Assembly: GCF_022045235.1 (NCBI RefSeq)
Contig: NW_027266308.1
Span: 68,572,001-68,636,000 of the forward strand
Length of the DNA stretch: 64,000 nucleotides
Reading direction: 5' to 3'
Origin: Haliotis cracherodii
Taxonomy: Eukaryota
This document shows, piece after piece, positions 24,701 to 36,700 of this stretch. Both the position numbers and the translations under genes were made by a program. Below the pieces are notes generated by a model. It was not told the origin of the DNA and did not search any database. It was given only the letters and a program-made list of their open reading frames with translations. Every line of letters starts with the position of its first letter. Position 1 is the stretch's first letter.

Positions 24701-27700
24701 TGTTTCAGTTATATATGTCTGGATGCATAGGTTACACCCAAGTTGTGCACCTGACCTTGGCGGCAATGGGCAATAGTTGTGAATGAAAATATTTCACAAT
24801 ATGGGCAACCAGCTTGCTCATTTCATGCAATGGGCAGGTAATTGTTCTGCCCAAAGCACGCATTTGAAATTGGTATTGTTTTACATGTTTTTTTTTAATA
24901 AATTAAACTCTAATTATTAAGTAAATAAACTATTATAAATAACAACCAAACAAATATCTTAAGAAACTTTATTTTTTAAATAAAAACACATATCAAGCTG
25001 TGTTTTCTGCATATAAAGAGTCTCTGGATCACATCACCGCTCAGTTCAGTCACAGTTTGCACAGGTGTTGTGGCTATAGCATGCACTCAACCCCGATTTC
25101 AAACACGCAAAGGGCAGATGCACAGATTGGATGTAACATGTCCATCACCTTTTTATCATATGTGACATCTTTAGAGTAGGCCACAGTTGACAACTATTGT
25201 TATGTCAGAGCTTGTAACAAGTTGAAGATATTGTGTTGTTGAAAAGCTTCCATGTTCACTGTATTGGGTGGGTGCCATGACCAAGTTATCTGTTTGAATT
25301 TTCAATCAGACTGCGTGCTTCACAAGCTTATACTATGCATAAGCCTCAGATTTCTACTCAAATGGATATGCAACACTTAAGCCTGTCAGTAATTAACTCT
25401 GCCTCACAAGGGGGCACTGTAATCCAGTTGAAAAGTCAATATTCTTAGCATATATTGTTATAATATAAACTTACTGCTAATGATATTGATTCTAGCATGA
25501 ATTTGGAATTATTCGATTCTGATTGGTCAATCAGAGACTATAAAATCACAATAAAACCTCGCTGATTGAAACAGCTGGTTTGACAGCTGCATCACCGCAG
25601 AAGGTAATAATCATAGAATAGTACCTTTTTTCAGTCATTGTCAGTAGGCATATTTAAGTAATTATATCTACAATTACAGGTTACAAAATGCAAAGTTGTG
25701 GTTACTGCGCGTTCTGTTCCAAATTCAATTTTGCACAGTTAAATCTCCAGGTAACCTAGCTCTACATTGAAAACACAGTATGTTTATCTCCTAATTCTCA
25801 TGTCTGCTGTTTTCAGAAGATTTCATTAAGTTTGAGCTTGCTGTCTTTTCTATTGATAAAATGTGGTGTGTTTTTTTCTGATTGAAAAAAAGCAAAAGGT
25901 GACTGAAAGTCAAGTGTGCTCACGTTGTCTGAATGTCATTAAGTTTTACATTTTCAAAATTCCTCTGAAACAACAAGGCTTATGAAATTGAAACTTTGTA
26001 TGAATGGTAGCTCTGGCTTCTATAAACAGTATTCACAGAATTCCTGTCGATTTTAAAACATGGCGGCCATATTTAAAGCATAATTTTTGCCCATTACCCC
26101 AGCAAATTCTGCATGTATCATTATAAAATTGTATATGCAGCAAATATACGGTATGCAGAATGAGATTACGTATATTTATGCAGTATGCAGAATGAGATAA
26201 TGTATATTAATGTGGTATGCAGAATGAGATTACATATATTTACGAGGTGTGCAGAAGGAGATTACATATATATTTATGCGGTATGCAGAAAGAGATTACG
26301 TATATTTATGCAGTATGCAGAATGAGATAATGTATATTTACGTGGTATTCAGAATGAGATTACATATATTTACGTGGTGTGCAGATTGAGATTACGTATA
26401 TATTTATGCGGTGTGCAGAACGAGATTACGTATATTTATGCATTTGTTTGAATTCCCCTATGGGCAGGATCACAAAAAAAGACTTGTTTGTTTCTAGTTT
26501 GATAGAGGTTGTATAAAGATGATTAAAGTATCTTTCATCATATGAACTGGCACACTTTATGTCAGATATCACTGATCACATTCTATGTGTGAATGAATAC
26601 AATCATTGTTGATCCTCAAACAGAAATCACAAAGGACAATCCACCTGCTTGTGGACTCAGACAAGCAATACAAGAATATAAGCATGGTACATCACACTTG
26701 GAATGCTGGGAAGAGAAAACATGTCCATAAAATAACAACTTTGCTGTAGTCAATGATGTTGTGTTTGTTTGTGGGTGTGTAGAAGTACTCCTAGTACAGG
26801 TAGTGCTGTTTGGATCACAATGTCCACAACACAACCACCAAGCTGTATTAATAAACTGGAAAGTGCTTCACAGATCATCTGTATTTACATTCTCATGAGA
26901 CCCGTGAAGATCTGGGGTAGAATAGGTGTTCAGCACCCCATGCTTGTCATATGAGGCGACTAACGGGTGCTCAGGCTCACTGACTTGGTTGATGCATGTT
27001 ATCGTATCCCAATTGCGTGGATCGATGCTCATGATATCAATCACTGGATTGTCTGGCCCAGACTCGATTATTTACAGATTGCTGGAATATTGCCGAGTGT
27101 GGTGTTAAACAAAAGATAAACAAAACACAACATTCTCATGAACACTGTGTACTTCACATAGTCCTATGGACATTCTTGGAATACCCGTGCAGCCAGCACT
27201 TGTTGACATGGTGATTATGTGTGAGGGATCAGGAGAATAAGCTGATTCCGGAACTACAATCAATGAGTCCCGAAAGATTTCTTCGATTTAATATTACGAT
27301 TGCTATGTGATTTCTCTCTAATTTTGCTACCCGTGAAGATCCAGGGTAGAATAGGTCTTTCAACAACCCATGCTTGCCGTAAAAAGCGACTGCTTGTCGT
27401 AAAAGGCAACTAACGGGATTTGTTGGTCAGGCTCGCTGACTTGGTTGATGCATGTCATTGTATCCCAATTGCATGGATTGATGCTCATGGTGTTAATCAC
27501 TGGCATGTCTGGTCCAGACACTATTATTTACAGACTGCCGTCATATAGCTGGAATATTGCTGAGTGCAGCATTAAACAACAAACAAACAAACAAACAAAC
27601 TCGATAATTTTGCATAATGACCTATCTAGTTGTTAAAATGATCTGGGAGAATTGCCAACAAACTCCTGGCTCAGCGTATGTGATGTCACCATAAAGGTTT

Positions 27701-30700
27701 AAATTGTAGTGATATTGAGAGTAGAGTTTGATCTCCTTGCCAGGGCCAGGGCTAGCTTGATGTGCCCTTTACTTTGATAGTAGTCATGTGACTATTAGGG
27801 CTGTTACGATTCACTCGCCGCCTGTAGTCCTTGTGTCTATCATATTCGGTGACTCCATTCATGAATTGAATTCATTATTCGTGGCCACAACAATCGAATA
27901 TTTATGAATATGCAAGCATGTGCATTTACATACCCTGTACCTAAAAAATATCCATAAGAACATATTATATGCATAGATTTCTTCAAAGACAACACTCTTA
28001 TAATATTTAATTTAACAGTATCGTGATCACTGGTCATTGTCACATTTGAGCAGATACTACTATTACTAGTACAATGTACCTGGATAAGTGCAGTATATAA
28101 ATGTATGATATATTTATAATTAACAAACTATGTCAAATAATTTATGTTGTTCGATGTTTCACTGAATATAACAAATAATTCATTCACTGCTGACTTGTTA
28201 TTGTATTTGTGAATTAATGTTTGTATTTGTTACCCTATATTCATGATACGATTTGTATTCGCCTCATAGTGTATTCGTTACAGCCCTAGTGACTATTGAT
28301 ATCATGTAATCTTTAGACTGTTTCTGTATTGAGTAAATGAAAAGTTTTAGAGCCTAAGTGTAGTATAGTTGTTATTCCCCTGGGTAATGGATATGTCTGT
28401 CTACAGGGGCACTAGGGCTGCTGGTGGTGTCGAGTGGAGTGACCATGGCGGTGCCGTTCTGTATCGGGAAGGTGATCGACATCATCTACACCGCATCACA
28501 GGAGGGGAAGATGGAGGAGAAACTCAACTCACTTTGCCAGATACTACTTGTGGTGTTTCTCCTCGGAGGAGTCGCAAACTTCGGACGGGTGTATCTGATG
28601 ACCGTCGCAGGTCAAAACATTGTGAAGAGACTTCGAGAAAAATTATTTAATTCGGTTATGAAGCAAGAAATTGGATTCTTTGACAAAACTAAAACAGGAG
28701 AGTTGATTAATCGTTTGTCAGCCGATGCGTCACTTGTGGGACAGTCAGTGACAAACAACATATCAGATGGACTGAGGTCGATAGCGCAGGCTGTAGGCGG
28801 GGTGGGGATGATGGTGAGTTGTGGGGTGGGGGATGGTGAGTTTGGGATGGGTGGGTGGGTGATGGTTAGTTTGAGGTGGGGTGATGGTGCATTTGAGGGG
28901 GATGATGGTGAGTTGGGGATGATGGTGAGTTGGAAGGGGATGATGGTGAGTTGGAAGGGGATGATGGTGAGTTGGAAGGGGATGATGGTGAGTATGGTGG
29001 TGTGGGTGAGTGAGTGGAAGGTTGTGTACGTATTGTGAATTATTTGAGTGAGGTAGTGGAAGGTGGCATATGACAAGTAACAGACAAATGAATAATGGAG
29101 TTCGAGATTTGAACCTTGATTTATCTGATGTGAACTATGGAAGGTCCTGAGGTTCTTGAGGTTTTCTGCTGTGCCCTGTTAATGTTAAAATTTCAAGATT
29201 TCAGTTATTTGATTTAACTGCTGTAGGATCACTATGATTTCAAACCTGGCTATTGCTTGATATTGTCCTACCTTCAAGGTCCTAATTATCATTGACTTCT
29301 TTGTTGCCATCGTTTACAGGTGTATGTCTCCGCCAAGCTTACAGCCATATCCCTGGGCATTGTGCCGCCTGTAGCCCTTGTGTCTATCATATATGGCCGC
29401 TATGTGCGGAACATCACCAAGCAAGTACAGACCTCCCTTGCTGATGCTACTCAGGTAGAGTGCTACTTTCCTAATAACATTTAATGTAGTCTAACAATAT
29501 AGAGTAACTACCTTTGGACAAAAATAAGTTTCAGGCAACACATTGAACATACAATTGTAGCTGTGATCGTTCTCATCCAATCACATCCCTGGTGATGAGG
29601 GGAGACTACTTAAGGTTTTCAGCTGTGATAGTTCTCATCCAATCACATCCCTGGTGATGAGGGGAGACAACTTAAGGTTTTCAGCTGTGATCGTTCTCAT
29701 CCAATCACATCCCTGGTGATGAGGGGAGACAACTTAAGGTTTTCAGCTGTGATGGTTCTCATCAAATCACATCCTTGGTGATGAGGGGAGACAACTTAAG
29801 GTTTTCAGCTGTGATCTATCTCAGCCATTAACATCCCTGGTGATGAGGGGAGACAACGCTGTACACTAGTAGTGGCATGTAGAGAATTTAGTCCTAGATA
29901 CTGGGTTTCATTGTCATGTGTTTAATCCTTCAGAAACTACAATAGTATTTTAACTGCAGCTGGCTGAGGAGAAGGTGGGCAATATCCGCACAGTGCGAGC
30001 GTTCGCGCAAGAGGAGAAGGAATGTGCAGCATATGACCGGAAGATCAGCCATGTCCTGAAGCTCTCGTACAAGGAGGCACTGGCTCGCGGAGTCTTCTGG
30101 GGATTTGTAAGTACTGGCGATGCATCATTTGTTCAATAATGATGAGGACTGGGTGGTACAAAGTTAACCTGTCACAAACCTTTCCTCCTATACTGTGATG
30201 TCAGGTAATGTCATTTGCATTTGTCTAAAGCAGGGATCTGGAGAATTATTTTTTCCAATCGGACATTTGTGTGTTGGTAATGCCCACCTCATATTTGAGA
30301 GTGTGTATGAATAAAATGATAAAAGAATAATGTCAAGAGGCACTTTCATAACATATACCCTATTTTCTTGAGTATAGTGCACCTATTTTTGCATAAAACT
30401 CACCACAATTAGTTTTGATGTTTTTTCCCCCACACAAACTAAAGACATTACCATGAGCATGTAACACCGGAAATACCATGGCAACAAATCGATACTGAAT
30501 TACGCAATTTAATCCTGTTATTACACTATCTGGTTATTAAAAGTGTTTTTTGTATAAATGGAGTTTCTAATCTATTTTATTAAATTTATTTAAGATTTCA
30601 TTCAACATGTTCAATATTGTCTACATTAATTTCGGCGATATCGTGTGTGAAGTGACTGTTATTTACAAAAGCCACAGTCAGATTACTAAACACCTAAAGA

Positions 30701-33700
30701 CCTTGAAATAAACTTTAGTTGACAAAAAATGTATACATATATCAAAGATGCTGACTTTCACTAATTAAAAGTCATATTTACTGTAGTTTGACAATTATCA
30801 ACATTATGTTTTTGGCAAGTTCATGGGAAGTCTCAACGGTGATGGGTCAAATAGTTCAAAACATGAAATATATCCCGCAACAGCTATCAGGGTCCCGTTC
30901 TCTTACAACTCTTATGGTTTTTATCATTTTAAATATACATGGTAAAAGCTACGACTAAAATAACAAGATATTGGAATATATTATTTCTGATGAAATAAGA
31001 GTTTAAAATACAATTCTTCCATCAATGCATCAAAATTCTATCAAGTTATGTTATTGTGTATTTTCTCACCAAACCACCAGTTGATTGGTAGAAAATGTGG
31101 GTACATGTGATTGCTATTTCATGCTTAGTTTACAAGAACATATACACAGTAAACTTTATTTCTGCATATAAAACAATGCCTAGTAGAACAGGAAATACAA
31201 TTTAATTTGTGAATCATCATGTCTGCTGATATTTTCTCCAAATTTTCTCCATTTTTAATGACCAATTTAAATTTGTTATCACCTGAAGTCCCTGAAGGTA
31301 TTTTTTTACCACACATAATATCATGTTGACCAATAGCACTTGGTCATAATGGCAAGTCGTATATACACTAATCAACAAAAAAACACATGTCATTCTGGCT
31401 GCACCTTTATTTTGTATTGTTTGTTGTGAAATCCGTTTTGAGGTTGTAATGTCTGGCAAGTCCTTTCTCGAAAATATCAGTTTGGCTTATTTAAAAAAAT
31501 CCAGACCGGTTTCTGAATCGCTGGTCTAAGGAATAAGTTATCTCCCTTGTTTCTGTCTAAAACTGGGATGTCAGGTAATGTTGTCAGTCTAAAGCATGAG
31601 GTATCTCCCCTGTTTCTGTCACAGACGGGGATGTCAAGTAATGTCATCGTACTGTCAGTCTAAAGCATTAGTTATCTCCCCCTGTTTCTGTCACAGACGG
31701 GAATGTCATGTAATGTCATCGTCTGTCAGTTAAAAGCATGAGTTATCTCCCCCTGTTTCTGTCACAGATGGGGATGTCAAGTAATGTCATCGTCTGTCAG
31801 TCTAAAGCATGGGTTATCTCCCCCTGTTTCTGTTACAGACGGGGATGTCAGGTAATGTCATCGTGCTGTCAGTCTAAAGCATGAGTTATCTCCCCCTGTT
31901 TCTGTCACAGACTGGGATGTCAGGTAATGTCATTGTGCTGTCAGTCTTAAGCATGGGTTATCTCCCCCTGTTTCTGTTGCAGACGGGGATGTCAGGTAAT
32001 GTCATCGTGCTGTCGGTCTTAAGCATGGGTTATCTCCCCCTGTTTCTGTTGCAGACGGGGATGTCAGGTAATGTCATCGTGCTGTCGGTCTTCTACTACG
32101 GGGGACTGATGATGACCGAGTCACAGATGACTGTAGGGGAGCTGTCAGCCTTCCTTCTGTATGCAGCCTACGTGGGAGTGTCCATGGGAGGTGAGCTCGC
32201 GGAACTTGTACGCGCTGGAATAAATAGGCCTGTTTCCTGAACATACGATAAAGTACATGACAATTCAAAAATGAAACATGGTCTTGATTCATTAATACAT
32301 GTGTTTACATATGGTTATCGATTGTAAGTACATTATCTGCAGATGGTTTATGAATCTGTGTTATTATTTTTACTTTTTTTATTTATACATGTGAATTATG
32401 GTTTATGTTCCAGGGTTGACGACTTTCTACACAGAGTTGATGCGTGGCCTGGGGGCAAGTTCCCGGCTCTGGCAGCTGGTGGACAGAGAGCCCAGGATTC
32501 CCGTGGCAGGTATGAACTCACTTCCTCCTCCTTCACTTCCCACTCCCACCTTCCACCTTCCTTCCTTCCTCACTCCCTCCCTCCCTCCCTCACTCACTCA
32601 CTCACTCACTCCTTCCTCCCTCCCTCGCATCTCTCACTCTTCACTCCCACTTTACCTCCTCCCCTCCCACCCCACCGCCCCTTACCCCCTCCCTCAATCA
32701 CTCACTCCCCATTCCCTCCATACCTCCTACTTTCTTCCCTCCATCACACCCCACTTCTTCCTTCCTCCCCTTCTCTCTCTCTCCCTCATTCCTCCCCTTC
32801 CTTCCCCTCCTTCACTCATTCTCCACTCCCTTCCTCCCCACTCCCTCCTTCCCCTCCTCACTCCTTCCCCTCCTCACTCTTTCCCTCTCCACTCCCTCCT
32901 TCCTCCTTCCCTCCCTCACTCACTCCCTCCACTGAGGACCTATTCTAAGCCAGAATCCCAACAGGGTTACAATAAGAATCGGTTTGTGAGTGGATGAGTT
33001 TGGCATAATAAGTGAGGAAGTGTACGAAGTAGTGTTCATTTTAAGAAGTTATTTTCAATCTATGTTTCAGCTGGTCTGTCACCATCCATGTCACCCCAGG
33101 GCAACATTAACTTCAACAATATCAATTTCCATTATCCATCCCGTCCTGAGACGACCATTTTCTCCGACCTGAGCCTGAATGTCCCGTCTGGGTCTGTGAC
33201 AGCCGTAGTTGGTCCTAGTGGGTCGGGGAAGTCCACACTCGGTTCTCTGCTCCTCCGTATGTACGATCCCACGCAAGGTAAGTACACTCCCCACTTGTAC
33301 GATCCCACACAAGGTAAGTACACTCCCCACTTGTACGATCCCACGCAAGGTAAGTACACTCCCCACTTGTACGATCCCACACAAGGTAAGTACACTCCCC
33401 ACTTGTACGATCCCACGCAAGGTAAGTACACTCCCCACTTGTACGATCCCACGCAAGGTAAGTAGACTCCCCACTTGTACGATCCCACGCAAGGTAAGTA
33501 CACTCCCCACTTGTACGATCCCACACAAGGTAAGTAGACTCCCCACTTGTACGATCCCACGCAAGGTAAGTACACTCCCCACTTGTACGATCCCACGCAA
33601 GGTAAGTACACTCCCCGCATGTACGATCCCACACAAGATAAGTACACTCCCCACTTGTACGATCCCACACAAGGTAAGTACACTCCCCACTTGTACGATC

Positions 33701-36700
33701 CCACACAAGATAAGTACACTCCCCACTTGTACGATCCCACACAAGGTAAGTACACTCCCCACTTGTACGATCCCACACAAGGTAAGTACACGCCCCACTT
33801 GTACGATCCCACACAAGATAAGTACACTCCCCACTTGTACGATCACACGCAAGGTAAGTACACTCCCCACTTGTACGATCCCACGCAAAGTAAGTACACT
33901 CCCCACTTGTACGATCCCACACAAGGTAAGTACACTCCCCACTTGTACGATCCCACACAAGGTAAGTACACTCCCCACTTGTACGATCCTACACAAGATA
34001 AGTACACTCCCCACTTGTACGATCCCACACAAGATAAGTACACTCCCCACTTGTACGATCCCACGCAAGGTAAGTACACTCCCCGTATGTACGATCCCAC
34101 ACAAGGTAAGTACACTCCCCACTTGTACAATCCCACACAAGGTAAGTACACTCCCCACTTGTACGATCCCATCTCATTACAATATTTGAAGGGGCTGTTT
34201 GTTTTACATTTTCAATATTAGAAAACATTTACAGAAATAGATTTTTACGTTACATTTTGACAGTGTACATTTTACGAGAAGCTACAATAGGTTGATAAGT
34301 GTAAGACGATCTTAACTCTCACACCTTAGCATAGACTTACAACAATCAAAGCGCTAAGGTGATCTTAAATCCAATACTTGAACATTGACTTACGACAATC
34401 ATAGCTCTAAGATAATTGTAACTGCCATACTATAACATAGACTTACGACAATGGCAGCACTAAGTTCCTCAGTTGGTGGTAAAGTAGAACACTGCTGATG
34501 ACGTGTGACTGTTTGTAGGAAGCGTCCAGCTGGACGGCCAAGATATTCGAGAGTTGAACCCCACCTGGCTCAGGAATCAGATCGGAACTGTCAGCCAGGT
34601 GAGAGACGTGCTACCTGTTTATCTGCCATGTTGCATCACATGTGTTTTGTTGTCTTGGTGCTTTCTCTTTTCAGTCACCTGTCCCTCAGGGGATATGCAT
34701 GCTAGACTTCCACATTATTTAAGAAATAAACGACAAGTGGGAGTTGTTCATTGTACAAATTCTTATATGAGATACCAACATTTTGTAGAGTGTCTTTAAG
34801 GATGTTAATAAAATGTACAAGCTTTAAGAATATTTACCTGTATTTAATATGATGATTACAATCCGACCTTGGCAATGTGGGACAAGTTTATGAAGGTTAT
34901 GTTAAGTATTTCCCGGATATTCTCACAATTTTATCGATTATCTGTACCTTTTCTCCTAAATACCAATTGTCATATCTCTCCCACATTTTGATGCGATCGT
35001 TTGGCCATCCGTTTATCAGCATTGCCCAGCTTCATCTAAGGGGAACAACTCACTAGACACTTCCCTCTCAAAAATAATGTCGTCCAATTTACGACGTCAG
35101 CAATTTGCGAGTGCATGTTCAAATCATTGTTCTTTGCAATCTATCGTGTAGCTATCTTATATTCCACTATAATGCTTTCGAGCTGTTAGTAACAGCTTCT
35201 AAAGCTGTTGAAATTTAATGTTTGTCTTGAGGTCCTTGAAGTTGAAACACTGTTACTGTTACATCACAGGTTATCCTCTCAGAAATCAGTGAATCAAGTG
35301 TATTGAAAAATTGCATTCAGTCTTTGACAAGATTTGAAATATTGAGGGGTTTTTTTAAGTCTAAAATATATGCCAACATGTGCTGTTATTCCCAGGAGCC
35401 TGTGTTGTTTTCCTGCTCCATCGCTGAAAACATCGGCTACGGTGCCAGCAACCCCACCGCTGTGACGGACGACCAGATTATTACGGCAGCCAAACAAGCA
35501 AACGCTTACAACTTTATCCAGTCATTCCCAGAGGGCTTCCAGACTCTGGTCGGGGAGAGAGGACATATGTTGTCAGGTACATCCGCACACATCGTCACTG
35601 GGTCATAATGACAGACTGGACTGCCAGTATCCAGCAAACGCCGTGTGTATCAGGTCAACCGTGACACTGCACTGGTGGAAGTACCTGGTAGTCAGCTGTA
35701 ACAAATGTTAAATTTGGGCCATGGGAGGCGTGCCAATTTACACTTGTCAGAGGGATCTGTACTTTACTGAGAAAGTGTTATCCCAAATATAACATTTGTG
35801 ACAGTTGACCACTTTCTAAAATGGTATTGTGTGTTCACGGTAGTAGACTGATCAAGTATCACTGGGATGAACGCTGCGGTGACAGACGATACTGAAACAG
35901 TATTGTGTCCTCTTCCCGACCCACACTCACAACAGGCCACCTTCAAGTAACCAGGGAAATAGTGTCACTCAGCGGCCGAAGTTGATGGGTCTCATGGGAG
36001 TTATGCCCCTTAGTTGTGGTTTCATGTTGCAGATNNNNNNNNNNNNNNNNNNNNNNNNNNNNNNNNNNNNNNNNNNNNNNNNNNNNNNNNNNNNNNNNNN
36101 NNNNNNNNNNNNNNNNNNNNNNNNNNNNNNNNNNNNNNNNNNNNNNNNNNNNNNNNNNNNNNNNNNNNATGGGTTCCATGTCTGTTCTACAGGGCTGTGA
36201 CACACGGGGCTGCCCTCCCGCCGTGAGCTGTCATGACAAAGCGTCAATACTATTCACCATTCACTCTGCCCTTTACTGACTCTGGTCTGGTTACATCCCG
36301 GACCCCCTGATTAATGGGGATTGGGTGGGTACAATGTCTAACCTAGCTGATGTGTCTCACTGTAGCCAGATAGCCTGGATTGTAATTGGCTGAACCCTTG
36401 AAAAGGGGATTAGTACCGCTTCATCGTCTGACAGAACCCTCGCAATCTTTGAGTAGTATCAAAGAGTGCGCTTGAGTGTGGAATCAGCGACAGTCTACAT
36501 TTCAACAGTTCAACATTTCTTTTGGTCTGTGTCTTTGCCTTCAGGTGGTCAGAGGCAGAGAGTTGCTATAGCCAGGGCGATCTTGAAGGTAATAAATATA
36601 TTTTTCAAACAGTTATGTATATTACTCATAAAAGTTAAAGAGCACTTGATTTTTTCACTTTACTATGCAGTAATCTGTCATATGAAAAGGTCAAATGTGC

